Part shown: piece by piece, positions 41,955 to 53,400 of the stretch
How positions within the stretch are numbered: position 1 is the stretch's first letter
How the letters are laid out: every line of letters begins with the position of its first letter
Assembly (NCBI GenBank): GCA_963733195.1
Contig: CAVTCR010000050.1
Location: 128,001-192,000, forward strand
Source of the DNA: an uncultured delta proteobacterium
Lineage (GTDB): Bacteria > Desulfobacterota > Binatia > Bin18
Direction: 5' to 3'
DNA: 64,000 nt
Position numbers and translations under genes: made by a program
The notes under the pieces: generated by a model
The model's database searches: none
Told to the model about the DNA's origin: nothing
Seen by the model: the letters and a program-made list of their open reading frames with translations, nothing else

Positions 41955-42845
41955 CTATAACAACTCTTGCAACTCTGGCAATCGCTTGCGCAAGCGTTCA
42001 GCTGCATCGTCCGGTGCCATGTAGGGAGGCCGCGCAGGTCCCATGTCGATTCCAGTCACCACTGAAGCCGTGACCTTGGTCGTCCCAAGATGACCTAACG
42101 CCTCTTCACCACCCCGTGGGAAACAGCGATTGAGGCGACGTTGCACTTCCACTGCTTTGGCAATCTCTCCAGCCTTGAACAATTTGAGTAGCTTCGCCGA
42201 AGCAGGCACAGCAAACACATTAATAAACCCACCAGCAGCACCGAGTTGCAACCCGGTGAGGAAGGCGCGGAATGTCTGTAGAATCTTCACCCGCCCTTGC
42301 ACTTCATCATACACCGCTTCGAGATGCTGAAGATCGGTGAGCACTTCTTTAATCCCAACAATCCCTTTGATCCCACATAATCGACCAAAGAATTTGGGAC
42401 TCATGTTGAATTTCGATAGCGCTGGATTGTGATACACGACCACTGGCAAGTGGCCAGCATCAGCAACCATCTTGTAGTGCAGGTAGACTTCTTCCTCACC
42501 GCAACGCCAGTAGTACGGAGGAATGAGCTGCTGAGAATCATAGCCCATCTCTCCGGCAATTTTGGCGAATTTCAATGCTTCTAACGTAGTCGCGCCGGAA
42601 GTCATCGCCACTGTGTAGATGTCCTTATGTTTGCGCGCTTGGTCGAGAGTCACTGCAAACACTCGGGTACGTTCAGCATCGTTGAGGTGAAGAAATTCAC
42701 CAATGCTGGGGGCGGCAACGACACCAGTGGCACCATTTTGCACGCACCAATCGACCTCGGCACGCAACGCCCCCTCGTCGAGTTCGTATTTCTTTGTGAA
42801 TGGGGTCACGAGCATTGCAATTACGCCATGAATATCGCGGGGCAT
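41955..42845 (-). CDS. DapA/NAL-family aldolase or lyase in the hpa cluster
   Basis: VTPF, atypical PSIGE phosphate loop, IPPYY, VYHNP and the Schiff-base Lys in GIKE. Confidence 0.8.
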   Translation of the reverse strand: MPRDIHGVIAMLVTPFTKKYELDEGALRAEVDWCVQNGATGVVAAPSIGEFLHLNDAERTRVFAVTLDQARKHKDIYTVAMTSGATTLEALKFAKIAGEMGYDSQQLIPPYYWRCGEEEVYLHYKMVADAGHLPVVVYHNPALSKFNMSPKFFGRLCGIKGIVGIKEVLTDLQHLEAVYDEVQGRVKILQTFRAFLTGLQLGAAGGFINVFAVPASAKLLKLFKAGEIAKAVEVQRRLNRCFPRGGEEALGHLGTTKVTASVVTGIDMGPARPPYMAPDDAAERLRKRLPELQELL

Positions 42846-42928
42846 AGGTCCTCCTCGGAGAGGCGTGAGGCTGTAGGCTAAAGGCCCAAGGGTCCTCCCC
42901 CTCAAGCCTGCAGCCTACAGCCTGCTTG

Positions 42929-43795
42929 TTAAATGTCAAACCAAAATATCACCTGCCCTGTCCCAAGGGCAGCTTCGTAAGTCCCATACTGCACGCCTGG
43001 TGAGGTAAATTTTTCTTCACCAAGTGCGCCAGCCATCATCAAGTAGTGAGCAAAGCGTCCTTCCGGAGAACAACGCTTGCGGTATTCCCCAGCAAGGTTC
43101 ACGACACTAGCGTGATCACCACGGCGGAACATTCCTATAATACGTTCATCATACTCACGATTCTCTGGCGACGTAATGTGCACCGGGTCGGCTCCGGTGT
43201 GGTCTAGTACATTGTCGTAGTCCCAGAAGCGATGCGAGAGTCCACCGGCAGCGACGAGAACCACACGGCGATTACTGTGCAGAATGCCCTCACCTACAGC
43301 ACGTCCGAAGGCCAGATCATTGTGAACACCGGCAATCTGGCACACTCCCGTAGAAAGCACCCGGCGGTTTCGCTGCGGATTGAAGTACGCCATTGGCACC
43401 AGCGTCGGATAATGCAGCGGCATACCACGATACGTCGAGGCAAACGCCCGCACGCCAGTATCCTTGGCACTGGTAGCAATAGCGGCGGCAAGCTCAGGGT
43501 CGCCCTGGTAGCTATACTCGTGTTCGTGTAACAACTCCGGCACTTCTTCAGAGGTATATACCCCTTCGATTCGCTCGGATGCATTCATCACATACTGAAT
43601 AGTCGAGAACCAGTGTGTATCAAAGACAACGAACGTGTCGAAATCGAGACCGGCCAGGCGTTCACGATAAAGTTTTTCCATCGCCTCGTAGAAAGTCGTC
43701 ACTCCACGTCCCATGTAGGCTTTGCGCTCGGCTTCACCGAAGATCATCAGACGGGGAACATGTGTCGTAAAGATCGCAGCAATTATTTGGCCCAT
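42929..43795 (-). CDS. hpaD: LigB-family extradiol dioxygenase (homoprotocatechuate 2,3-dioxygenase-like)
   Basis: THVPR, FDTHW, YTSEEVP, GDPELA, GGLSHRFW and GTGQVIFWF. Confidence 0.75.
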   Translation of the reverse strand: MGQIIAAIFTTHVPRLMIFGEAERKAYMGRGVTTFYEAMEKLYRERLAGLDFDTFVVFDTHWFSTIQYVMNASERIEGVYTSEEVPELLHEHEYSYQGDPELAAAIATSAKDTGVRAFASTYRGMPLHYPTLVPMAYFNPQRNRRVLSTGVCQIAGVHNDLAFGRAVGEGILHSNRRVVLVAAGGLSHRFWDYDNVLDHTGADPVHITSPENREYDERIIGMFRRGDHASVVNLAGEYRKRCSPEGRFAHYLMMAGALGEEKFTSPGVQYGTYEAALGTGQVIFWFDI

Positions 43796-43868
43796 AATCA
43801 ACTCCTAAAGTTGCGTATTACGTAGTGCGTGATACGTGTTCATTTCGTTACGCATCACGTTTCACGCC

Positions 43869-45325
43869 TCAGTCTTCCTCCCGCTCCAAAAACTGCCGTA
43901 CCCGCTCCATCAACGGTTCCTTGGGATAAATGCCATACAACGCCGATGCCATGCGTACCGGATCGCCAAAGAAGAACCGTTCGTATAGCGTTTGCCGCCC
44001 ACCGAAGGCACTACAGGCGATGTCCCAGGCAAGGCGGAACAATTTGACACGATCACGAGCATTCATGTTGGCGACAACCAGATATTGATCGATATCATCG
44101 GCAATCGGACTCTCAAGCGCTGACTGTGGGGGAATCATCATCATCCCGGATGAACTCAGCAGTTGCAGAATCTCCACCATCCGCGGGTACATCTTCGGAA
44201 AGATATTGCGTGCGACATCAAGTGGTGGTCGGTGCGGGCACATCACTCCCCAGCGATCAATCGCCGCATCGGCTTCTCCAGCACGCAAACACGCCTTCAT
44301 TAGCTCTAGATTGATCATGCACTCGGCAATCTTCTCATGCACATGCGGAAATTCCGTCGCACCGGTCGCATCCACAATGAGACAGGCAACACCGAGAATA
44401 AACTCGGCCTTAGCGATGTTTTTACAGACCACCTGGTGCATCATGTGCACAACAGCGTTCGTCGTTGCGTACGCCGCATTACACAAGTCCGGACGCGCCT
44501 TCAGAAACACTCGTTCCCACGGCACCAGCACATCATTAAAGATAACAATCGCGTCCATTTCCTCAAAGCGCGAGCCGAGTGGATGTTCTGTCGAAGAGCG
44601 CCCATAATCGAATGACTCACGGCAGATGTACTTGAGCCCCGGTGTGTCAGACGGAATGGCAAAAGCAAAGGCATAGGGCGCAGTGTCGGCGGCAGCTTTC
44701 AAAACTGTTGAAGGGAACACCGGCAATTTCATCCGACAACGGACCAAGCGTTGCCAAAATACGCGCACCGCGAATGATGATCCCCTTATCAGTTTCTTTA
44801 ACGATACGCGCCGCAACGTCGGCACTTGGTTGTCCAGTAGCAGTAATGGCACGATTCGCTTGTGGATTCACTAACGTATGGGTCAAACAGAGATCATGCT
44901 CACGAACATACGTATAGTAATTGCGGGCATTCTCAGCATGGCGGGGATCATTCTGGGCATAGAACTCTGCTGCTGCTGCGGACGCCATGAGACTCACATT
45001 GAGATAGTCAGGCGAACGGCCCATCATGCCGCCACTGTAGCGTGCCCACTGCAACATCATGCGGGTCCGCCGTTGTAGGTCTTCCTGCGAACGAGGAGTG
45101 ATAAACGATAGCCCGACTCGATCACCTGTCGTTGGGGAGGTATAGGTCATTTCATCGCGCAGCGCAGGGTCATGCTGCATGTCATACAGATGAGCAACTG
45201 AACGAGCACCACGCCGTAACGCCGGATGGCTGGTCACATCGCGAACACGTTCATTTCCCAACCAGACTTCAGAGCTACGGTCTTTCAGTCCTTGTAGGTA
45301 TTCGTGCCCCAGTACGCACCGACAT
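43869..45325 (-). CDS. hpaB: 4-hydroxyphenylacetate 3-monooxygenase, oxygenase component (frameshifts near 45305 and 44700)
   Basis: RTG.EYLQGL, GMMGRSPDYLN, HTLVNPQ, GARILAT, RFEEMDA, VPWERVF and RQTLYERFFFGDP. Confidence 0.85.
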
Positions 45326-45335
45326 AGGTTCTCCT

Positions 45336-45406
45336 GGGGTCAGGGGTCGGGGGCCAGGGTCGGTTTTTCCCATTCTACCGATCCCCGATCCCCGACCCCC
45401 GACCCC
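45336..45406. repeat. Inverted heptamer-repeat hairpin between hpaE and hpaB
   Basis: GGGGTCA-GGGGTCG-GGGGCCA-GGGTCGG ... CCGATCC-CCGATCC-CCGACCC-CCGACCC. Confidence 0.75.
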
Positions 45407-46878
45407 TAGTATGGTATACAAACAAACTTCGGCTCAGTGTAAAACTCCAAACTGTAACGACCACCTTCACGACCAAAACCACTTTCACGGGCGCCACCGA
45501 ACGGAGTGCGAAGGTCGCGCAAGAAGAAGCTATTCACCCACATCATACCAGTCTTAATCGCGCTCGACACTCGTAACGCCCGGTTCACATCTTGTGTCCA
45601 TAGGAATCCAGCTAAACCGTAGACAGTTCCGTTCGCCAGTCGAATCGCTTCCGCTTCGTCGTGGAACTTTTGTACTGCGAGCACAGGACCAAAAATCTCT
45701 TCATGACAAATCCGCATTGCAGGAGTAACATTCTCGAAAACCGTCGGTAGGAGATAATTACCTTTTTGCAGCGTTGGGTCACTCGGTCGCTTTCCACCAG
45801 TCAGGAGCCTCGCTCCCTCATCGAGACCCGATTGAATGTAGCCTTCAACCCGTTCGCGGTGCTGCGCTGTGATTAGTGGCCCGAAATCTGTCGCCGGATC
45901 AAGCGGGTCCCCGACTTTCAGATTCGCTACTGTTTTGAGAAACCGCTCCATAAAACGATCATAAACGGCATCCTGAAGAATCAATCGCGAACCAGCCACA
46001 CACGACTGTCCTTGGCTACGAAAGATCGCACGCACAGCTCCCTTCACGGCGGTTTCCAGATCAGCATCAGTAAAGACGATATTCGGCGACTTGCCGCCAA
46101 GTTCCAACGATACCCGTTTGAGTGTCTCTGCTGCCGCTTTCAGTACACGTTTGCCGGTCGCCACACCCCCAGTGAAGGAGACAGCGTTAACATCAGGGTG
46201 CGTCGTCAGCGCAGCCCCGACCTCACCAAAGCCAGAAACAATGTTCAGTACTCCGGCAGGTAACCCAGCCTCCTGGGCAATCTCGCCTAGCTTCATCAGA
46301 CTTAACGGCGCGAGTTCAGACGGCTTGAGAACCGCAGTACATCCCGAGGCAAGACAGGGAGCAAGCTTCCAGGTTCCCAGCATCATTGGCGAGTTCCAGG
46401 GAATGATGATCCCTACCACACCGAGTGGCTGCCGCATGGTGACACTCATCAAGTTGACATCAACACCAAGTGAGTTGCTCTCCGTCCAGTGGGCATCTTG
46501 GGTCCACTGCGATAGCGCATCAGCAAAGAACGAAAAATTATTCGCCGCGCGCGGAATGTCGTGCCCGCCGCTTTCTTTCACGGGCTTGCCAACATCAAGG
46601 CTTTCGATGCGTTCCAGCTCAGGGGCGTGCTTCACAAGAAGTTCAGCAAAGCGACGAATCATCTTCGCCCGGTCTACTGTCTTCATCTTCGGCCACGGGC
46701 CATCGTCGAATGCCTTCCGCGCTGCAGCTACAGCACGATTCACATCCTCGACTCCTGCTTCTGCCAACTCAGTGAGTATTGTGTTATTCGCTGGATTGAG
46801 GACAGGAAAGGTTTTACCACTCGCGGCGGGGATATACTCGCCGTCGATAAATAGTTGCGAACGAAAAGTTGGTTGCAT
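45406..46878 (-). CDS. hpaE: (5-carboxymethyl-)2-hydroxymuconate semialdehyde dehydrogenase
   Basis: DIPRAANNF, PWNSP, LELGGKSP, GQSCVAG, EEIFGPV and RDLRTPFGG. Confidence 0.75.
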   Translation of the reverse strand: MQPTFRSQLFIDGEYIPAASGKTFPVLNPANNTILTELAEAGVEDVNRAVAAARKAFDDGPWPKMKTVDRAKMIRRFAELLVKHAPELERIESLDVGKPVKESGGHDIPRAANNFSFFADALSQWTQDAHWTESNSLGVDVNLMSVTMRQPLGVVGIIIPWNSPMMLGTWKLAPCLASGCTAVLKPSELAPLSLMKLGEIAQEAGLPAGVLNIVSGFGEVGAALTTHPDVNAVSFTGGVATGKRVLKAAAETLKRVSLELGGKSPNIVFTDADLETAVKGAVRAIFRSQGQSCVAGSRLILQDAVYDRFMERFLKTVANLKVGDPLDPATDFGPLITAQHRERVEGYIQSGLDEGARLLTGGKRPSDPTLQKGNYLLPTVFENVTPAMRICHEEIFGPVLAVQKFHDEAEAIRLANGTVYGLAGFLWTQDVNRALRVSSAIKTGMMWVNSFFLRDLRTPFGGARESGFGREGGRYSLEFYTEPKFVCIPY

Positions 46879-47079
46879 AGCACCCTCGCGAAGAGAGTCT
46901 TACAATTGTTGCTGCTCTTCTATCACTTGCTTGGATAACTTACTTGAGGCTGCGTCCTTTTTTCATGCGGCTTGCTCATCTCGAGCATGTTGGCGTTGCG
47001 CAAGAACCTGCGCTTTCTGCTTACAAAGCTAAGGGTGAAGTGCGAACACATCGGTCAACGTTGAATTCCTTCCTCTCAT

Positions 47080-47832
47080 TCAGTGAGGATCGGGATTCTG
47101 TGTGCCATTCTTGAGCAGTGTCCGGACCCGTTGTAACTCTTCGTCCTCTGCGTCAAAGCGAGTCTCCAAAGATCTTTGGTGCGAAGTCACCTCTTCCAGC
47201 CGTTGTTCAAGCTTCTCCACATGGTTGAGTAATGTTGAAAGCGCACGACTCACTGGATCAGGAAGGTCTGCGTGATCAAGATCAATGACCGGTTTCCCCG
47301 AGGGTTGATGCCGACCACCTTCTTTGACAACTTTTCCCGGAATGCCAACCACTGTGGAATGCGCAGGCACCGATTGCACCAGGACTGACCCTGCGCCAAT
47401 CCGGCTGTGACGGCCAACGGTAATCGGACCGAGTACCTTCGCCCCAGCGCCGACCAGCACCCAATCCTCAATGGTCGGATGTCGCTTCCCGCGCTCGGTA
47501 CTCGTTCCAGCAAGTGACACACCTTGATAGAGCGTGACATCGTCACCAACTTCCGCTGTTTCTCCAATCACTACACCCATGCCATGATCAATAAAGACAC
47601 GGCGACCAATGCGGGCACCAGGATGAATTTCGATCCCGGTAAGAAACCGCGCGACGTGACTGACGACACGCGCGAGCGTCACCAACTCGTGTCCCCAGAG
47701 CCAGTGCGCGAGCCGATGACACAACACCGCATGAAACCCTGGGTACGCGAGAACCACTTCCCAGGTGGAACGTGCTGCCGGGTCGCGTTCAAAAACCGCA
47801 CGAATATCTTCTCGGACTTCTTGCAAGAACAT
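47080..47832 (-). CDS. cysE: Serine O-acetyltransferase
   Basis: [22 protein letters not shown] and KRHPT. Confidence 0.95.
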   Translation of the reverse strand: MFLQEVREDIRAVFERDPAARSTWEVVLAYPGFHAVLCHRLAHWLWGHELVTLARVVSHVARFLTGIEIHPGARIGRRVFIDHGMGVVIGETAEVGDDVTLYQGVSLAGTSTERGKRHPTIEDWVLVGAGAKVLGPITVGRHSRIGAGSVLVQSVPAHSTVVGIPGKVVKEGGRHQPSGKPVIDLDHADLPDPVSRALSTLLNHVEKLEQRLEEVTSHQRSLETRFDAEDEELQRVRTLLKNGTQNPDPH

Positions 47833-47943
47833 AGGTGCTTTCAGCGCGGGAGTGAGGATTGAGGATCTAGGGGAGGTTTACAGGCCTACGATACGCTTCT
47901 CTCTCTTACCTAGTGCCCACCTCCCAATTCCCATCGCCCTTTC

Positions 47944-49575
47944 TCAAGCTTTTGCTCGTCTAGAGGCTGAGGAACCATCACTGAACGGTATAGGTTTCCC
48001 CTTTGCCTTTTTATCCTTATACAATTTGTATTCAATACTATCGACTAATGCTTGCCAGCTCGCTTCAATCACATTGGGTGAGACACCAACCGTCCCCCAG
48101 CGATCGTCTTCATCTCCGGATTCGATTAACACCCGCACCATCGACCCAGTTCCGCGCCCATCGCCCAGTACACGAACTTTGTAATCGTGCAGTGCAACTT
48201 TCTCTAATTGCGGGTAGAATTTTGTCAGCGCCTTGCGCAGCGCACGATCCAAGGCATTTACCGGACCATTGCCTTGTGCAGCCGTATGTTCCACTGCACC
48301 GTCTGGCCCTTCCACCATGATCGTCGCTTCTGACAGTGGGGGTTCATCTTCTTTGCGTTTTTCGTCGATTACGCGAAATCCGATCAGGCGAAAATGTCTG
48401 ACTTGCCCGTTGAGCGCCTTCTGCATGAGCAGCTCAAACGAACCTTCAGCACCTTCGTACTGGAAACCGATGTGTTCCAAGCGTTTGACTTCATCAAGGA
48501 TGGTTTTCACTGCCGGATCGGCGTTCTCAACATCCAAACCAAACTGTTTTGCTTTATACACCACGTTACTACGACCAGATAAGTCAGACACCAACACCCG
48601 CTGATGATTGCCAACAATCTCGGAGTCAATGTGTTCGTAGGTTTCACGGTTTTTCTGCACGGCCGCAACATGCAGACCACCTTTGTGAGCGAAGGCACTC
48701 ACTCCGACATAGGCCTGGCGCTTGTTCGGCTCGACGTTGGCGAGTTCATACACAAAGCGTGAGAGTTCCGCGAGTCTTTGCAGTTGCGTCGCATTTACAC
48801 ACTCATAGCCGAGCTTGATTTGTAGATTGGGTACAATCGAACAGAGATTAGCGTTTCCGCAACGCTCACCAAAGCCATTGATCGTGCCTTGGACTTGGAT
48901 CACTCCGGCTTCCACCGCAGCAAGTGAATTCGCTACCGCCATCTCACAATCGTTATGGCAGTGGATCCCTAACGGTGTCGTCACTACTTGCTTGGCTGCC
49001 TTCACCCCGGCGATAATCTCGTGTGGCATGCGCCCACCACGGGTATCACAGAGCACGAGGATATCCGCCCCAGCCTGAGCCGCAGCTGTCAGGCATTCGA
49101 GTGCGTATTCCGGATTGGCACTGTACCCATCGAAAAAATGTTCGGCATCAAAGAACACCTGATCAACGCGTTTCTTGAGGTAGGCGATAGAATCGCTGAT
49201 CACTTCGAGATTGGCTTTTTTGGAGATGCGCAGATCATCGCGGACATGCAGATCCCACGTTTTGCCGACGATCGTGACAGTAGGCGTGTCGGCTTTAAGG
49301 AGTAAGCGAATATTGAGGTCATCCGCTGCTGCAATGTTTGCTCGCCGCGTAGAGCCAAATGCGGCAACTTTGGCGTGTCGCAAGTGGAGTTTCTTCACCG
49401 CATGAAAAAACTCTTCATCACGGGGATTGGATCCTGGCCAACCGCCCTCAATGAAATCAATACCGAACTCATCGAGCTTTTCAGCTATTCGCAGCTTGTC
49501 ATCAAGCGTGAAAGAGACGTCTTCCGATTGGCAGCCGTCTCTCAGTGTCGTGTCATACAATGCAATCCGTTTCAT
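47944..49575 (-). CDS. cimA: Citramalate synthase (DRE-TIM family)
   Basis: [44 protein letters not shown] and DYKVRVL. Confidence 0.9.
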   Translation of the reverse strand: MKRIALYDTTLRDGCQSEDVSFTLDDKLRIAEKLDEFGIDFIEGGWPGSNPRDEEFFHAVKKLHLRHAKVAAFGSTRRANIAAADDLNIRLLLKADTPTVTIVGKTWDLHVRDDLRISKKANLEVISDSIAYLKKRVDQVFFDAEHFFDGYSANPEYALECLTAAAQAGADILVLCDTRGGRMPHEIIAGVKAAKQVVTTPLGIHCHNDCEMAVANSLAAVEAGVIQVQGTINGFGERCGNANLCSIVPNLQIKLGYECVNATQLQRLAELSRFVYELANVEPNKRQAYVGVSAFAHKGGLHVAAVQKNRETYEHIDSEIVGNHQRVLVSDLSGRSNVVYKAKQFGLDVENADPAVKTILDEVKRLEHIGFQYEGAEGSFELLMQKALNGQVRHFRLIGFRVIDEKRKEDEPPLSEATIMVEGPDGAVEHTAAQGNGPVNALDRALRKALTKFYPQLEKVALHDYKVRVLGDGRGTGSMVRVLIESGDEDDRWGTVGVSPNVIEASWQALVDSIEYKLYKDKKAKGKPIPFSDGSSASRRAKA

Positions 49576-49582
49576 GAACTCC

Positions 49583-50797
49583 TCACTTCGCTCCTGGGAT
49601 AAAGGCATCATGCAGTACCCGTACCGCTAATTCGGTGTACTTCGCTGCCACCACAACCGAGATCTTAATTTCTGAGGTTGAGATCATTTGAATGTTGATG
49701 CCTTCGCGCGCCAACAGTTGAAACATCTGGGCGGCAACACCGGCATGACTACGCATACCGAGACCAACAATGGAGACCTTCGCCACATCGGGGTCAAAGT
49801 TCACTCCTTGTGCACCGATCTCGGGCATGATCGCCTTCATCCGCGTCAGCGCTTTCGGAGCATCTCCTTTAGGAACCGTAAAGGTCATGTCTGTGGACCC
49901 ATCGGCACTGCCGTTCTGTATAATCATATCAACAACGATATTTTCATCAGCGATTGAGCCAAACACCTTGGCTGCTAAACCTGGACGGTCTGGCACATGC
50001 AGCAAGGTAATTTTTGCTTGATCAAGATCGGAGGTGACTCCCGAAACCGTGACCTCTTCCATGCTCGGCTCCTCTTGGACCAGCCATGTTCCTTCGTCAG
50101 GTGAGAAACTCGACCGAACATGCACTGGCACCTGATATCGCTTGGCAAACTCAACGGAACGAATCTGTAAAACTTTTGCGCCAAGGCTGGCCAGTTCCAA
50201 CATCTCATCATACGAGACGCGTTGAAGCTTGCGCGCCTGTGGGCAAATGCGCGGATCGGCGCTGTAGACTCCGTCTACGTCGGTGTAAATCTCACAAACA
50301 TCAGCCTTCACCGCCGCTGCAATCGCTACCGCCGTGGTATCCGATCCGCCACGGCCTAGGGTCGTAATGTTATCTTTTTCATCGACCCCTTGGAAACCGG
50401 CAATCACGACAATATGCCCCTGCTGGAGACCGGATAAGAGTCGGTCAGTCTTGATAGTTTTGATCCGGGCCCGGCCATAGGCACTGTCGGTCTCAATGTG
50501 GATTTGGTGTCCCAACAATGAGAAAGCAGGATAGCCCAGGTCTTTGAGGGCCATCGCTAACAATGCGACGGTCACTTGCTCACCAGTAGAGACTAACACG
50601 TCACTTTCACGTTCATCGGGTTGGGGAGTGACATCCTTGGCTAACGTTAAGAGCCGGTTGGTTTCTCCACTCATGGCAGAGACGACAACAGCCACTTGAT
50701 GTCCGGCAGCACGCGTCGCCACAACCCGCTTTGCTACACCTTTGATCCGCTCGACTGATCCGACTGATGTTCCACCGTATTTTTGCACCACCAACAT
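49583..50797 (-). CDS. lysC: Aspartate kinase
   Basis: [27 protein letters not shown] and ACT domains ([10 protein letters not shown]). Confidence 0.95.
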   Translation of the reverse strand: MLVVQKYGGTSVGSVERIKGVAKRVVATRAAGHQVAVVVSAMSGETNRLLTLAKDVTPQPDERESDVLVSTGEQVTVALLAMALKDLGYPAFSLLGHQIHIETDSAYGRARIKTIKTDRLLSGLQQGHIVVIAGFQGVDEKDNITTLGRGGSDTTAVAIAAAVKADVCEIYTDVDGVYSADPRICPQARKLQRVSYDEMLELASLGAKVLQIRSVEFAKRYQVPVHVRSSFSPDEGTWLVQEEPSMEEVTVSGVTSDLDQAKITLLHVPDRPGLAAKVFGSIADENIVVDMIIQNGSADGSTDMTFTVPKGDAPKALTRMKAIMPEIGAQGVNFDPDVAKVSIVGLGMRSHAGVAAQMFQLLAREGINIQMISTSEIKISVVVAAKYTELAVRVLHDAFIPGAK

Positions 50798-50830
50798 AGA
50801 GTGACCCTGAGAAAGCTTGGAGCGGTCCGT

Positions 50831-51337
50831 TTACCGCCCTGACGGTTTTTTCAGTACCTTACCTGCCGCAGACTGTTCTGTCAGTAGCTGCTGCAGCATT
50901 TGCTCGTACCACCCACCGAAGGCAGTCATCGTCAATGCGCGTGTTTCTTCTCCAGTAATCGCCAGTGACACGAACAGGTATTCCGTGACGACACCGACCG
51001 GTAAAAACTGGAACCACTCGATAACTGTTATCCCTTGCCCGAAAAGGTATTCTTCAATCCCCAGCCCCTCGATTTCCCTATCTTCCAGGCGATAGAGATC
51101 GATGTGGTAGAGAGGGAGCTTTCCCTTATAATGTTCAGCAATCAGAGTAAAGCTTGGGCTATATACTTCGTTTTCGTCAATGCCGAGTCCAGCGGCCAGT
51201 CCTTTGACAAAGCAGGTTTTGCCGGCACCCAGATCGCCTTCGAGTCCAATCACGGTACCGGACGTTGCTAGCCGTGCGAGACGTGCAGCAAAGGCTTTCG
51301 TCTCCTCAGCTGAGTTTACAAACAACTCATAGGCCAT
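50831..51337 (-). CDS. tsaE: tRNA t6A biosynthesis ATPase
   Basis: GDLGAGKT, SPSFTL, HIDLYRL and IEW. Confidence 0.95.
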   Translation of the reverse strand: MAYELFVNSAEETKAFAARLARLATSGTVIGLEGDLGAGKTCFVKGLAAGLGIDENEVYSPSFTLIAEHYKGKLPLYHIDLYRLEDREIEGLGIEEYLFGQGITVIEWFQFLPVGVVTEYLFVSLAITGEETRALTMTAFGGWYEQMLQQLLTEQSAAGKVLKKPSGR

Positions 51338-52992
51338 GCCTCGTCACTGTAGCGGTTTGGACTTCGTGACGTAAGGCATGTATCGCAGAAGGCAAACGGT
51401 CGATGAGGTCGTGAGCAAGTATTCCCACCTCTCCCTTCTCGTCTGCAGCACGATCACCCACATATCCATGCAGGAAGACGCCAATCTGGCAGGCGTGCTC
51501 TGGTGTATATCCTTGCGCAAGTAAGCCACCAATGATGCCAGTTAACACATCACCCATACCACCGCTCGCCATCCCAGGATTACCAGTAGGATTGACCCAA
51601 GCCCTCCCATCTGGCGCAGCAATCACTGTCCGTGAGCCTTTGAGTACGAGGTAACAACGATGCTGGAGAGCAAAAGTCCGGGCAATTTCCAGCCGTTGAG
51701 ATTGAACGTCCGCATTGCTCACTTTCACTAAGCGCGCCATCTCGCCAGGATGAGGAGTGAGAATCACTGAGACATGGGCTTCGCGAAGAACGGTAAGATC
51801 AGTCGCTAGACAATTGAGCCCGTCCGCATCAATGACGAGTGGGAGTGGACTCTTCAACAGCAACCATTGCGTCAAACCAATTGTGTCGCTTGAGACCCCA
51901 ATTCCAGGGCCGAAAGCAATCGCACTTTTTCCCTGTACCGCATCAGCCACTGCATTCTCATTCAGTGCTAAACTTCCATCTTGCCGTTCGGGCATCGGGA
52001 TGGTCATCGCTTCAATCAGGACCGATGAAAAGATCGTGTTCAGTGAACTTGGTCCGGCTAACGTGACCAGACCCGTACCGACACGCAAAGCAGCCCCTCC
52101 GCTAAGGAGAGCAGCCCCACTCTTCCCCCGCGCCCCAGCTAACACGAGTAGGTGGCCAAAGTCTCCTTTGTGCACATCTAGAGTTCGTGGACGAACGAGG
52201 GCACCCACCGATTCCTGCGTTAGCAATATGGTCTGCGGTTTGACGGTCGCAACTGCTTCAGGTGCAATTCCGATATCGACAATTTCCAATCGACCGACCT
52301 TAGCCTTTGCTGAAGGATGGAGCAGACCGATTTTCGGATAACCAAATGTCACAGTGAGAGATGCTTGGATTGCCGTGCCGAGTGGCACACCACGGTCGGT
52401 ATCAAGCCCAGAAGGAGTATCAACTGCGACTACCGGTACACCGCTCCCATTAATCAACTCGATCAGCTCAGCCATGAATCCACGCACTGGGGCGCTCAAT
52501 CCGGTGCCGAGCAGCGCATCGACAACGAGACCACAGTGACCCAGCTTCTTCTGCACCACATCGAGTTGTTCAACCGTAGTGACTTCGCTGATGCGTCCAC
52601 GCAGACGGGCAAAGGCTTTCAGGTTGCGCAGCGCATCCCCTTTCACTTCTTCCTTTTTTGCTGTGAGGATCACCTCACAGAGAATGCCCTCTTTCTTTAG
52701 TAAGCGTGCCATCACAAACCCATCGCCACCATTATTGCCTTTGCCGGCAAACACCAGGAGCGGATTTTGTGTGCGCTTGAGGGAAATTTTTGAGCAACGC
52801 CGCGGTTGCCCCTGCGCCGGCACGTTCCATCAGCACATGCCCTGGAGTGCCATACTGCTCGATGGTGAGCCGGTCTAACTCGCGCATTTGTTGCGCGGTT
52901 ACCAGGTAGAGTGGAACTGGATGAAGACTGTTAGGTTCAGCGATCACAATATCGGTGGGAATACTGCCTGGCAGGGTGAAGATCAAGACCAA
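51327..52992 (-). CDS. nnr: Bifunctional NAD(P)HX epimerase/dehydratase (frameshift near 52780; start uncertain)
   Basis: QMRELDR..LMERAG, GKGNNGGDG, DALLGTG, HKGDFG, DADGLN, TPHPGE and GMGDVLTG. Confidence 0.9.
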
Positions 52993-53164
52993 TCAGGAAA
53001 GGTTACTTCGCCACAACAACCCGCCCGTTGGCTTGCTTTTCCAGGTTGTAGTGCACATCTACACTCGGTGTCTGTCTGTCATCTCTACGGTCCCAACGCT
53101 TGAACGTCACCTTCGCTTGTCTCGCTGGTTGCCCATCCAACTGGATATCTTGCTCTCGTAGCTC

Positions 53165-53318
53165 AATACAGCGTTAACTAAGTTTTCTTGTATTGTGCAT
53201 TAGCAGCAAGCACGCCCTGATAGTGTCGATTCAGTTTGTTTCTGGCAGAAGCAAGCGAGAATTGCCAGTGGATTTTGATCTTCTTCTGCTGGCGTTCTGT
53301 GAGCAGCGTCAAGACCTC
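53165..53318 (-). mobile_element. IS630-family transposase 3' remnant with a probable right end
   Basis: Translates as EVLTLLTERQQKKIKIHWQFSLASARNKLNRHYQ...YKKT*, matching the W-F...AR-KL C-terminal motif of IS630 transposases. Confidence 0.65.
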
Positions 53319-53400
53319 TTAGGTTGCAGGGCGCTCGAAAAAATGGACGTACTGCTTCCTCAGGAAACGAACCGACGTCGTGTCTTCGGCAAGAATTTCT

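Noticed and set aside
46091-47032. 313-aa plus-strand ORF and similar long antisense ORFs (53861-54592, 24193-24942, 59007-59750, 57827-58396)
   Set aside because: They are shadows of well-supported genes on the opposite strand and lack recognisable motifs.
46880-47079. Small ORF between cysE and hpaE
   Set aside because: Only a ~42-codon frame without protein-like features; more likely a promoter region.
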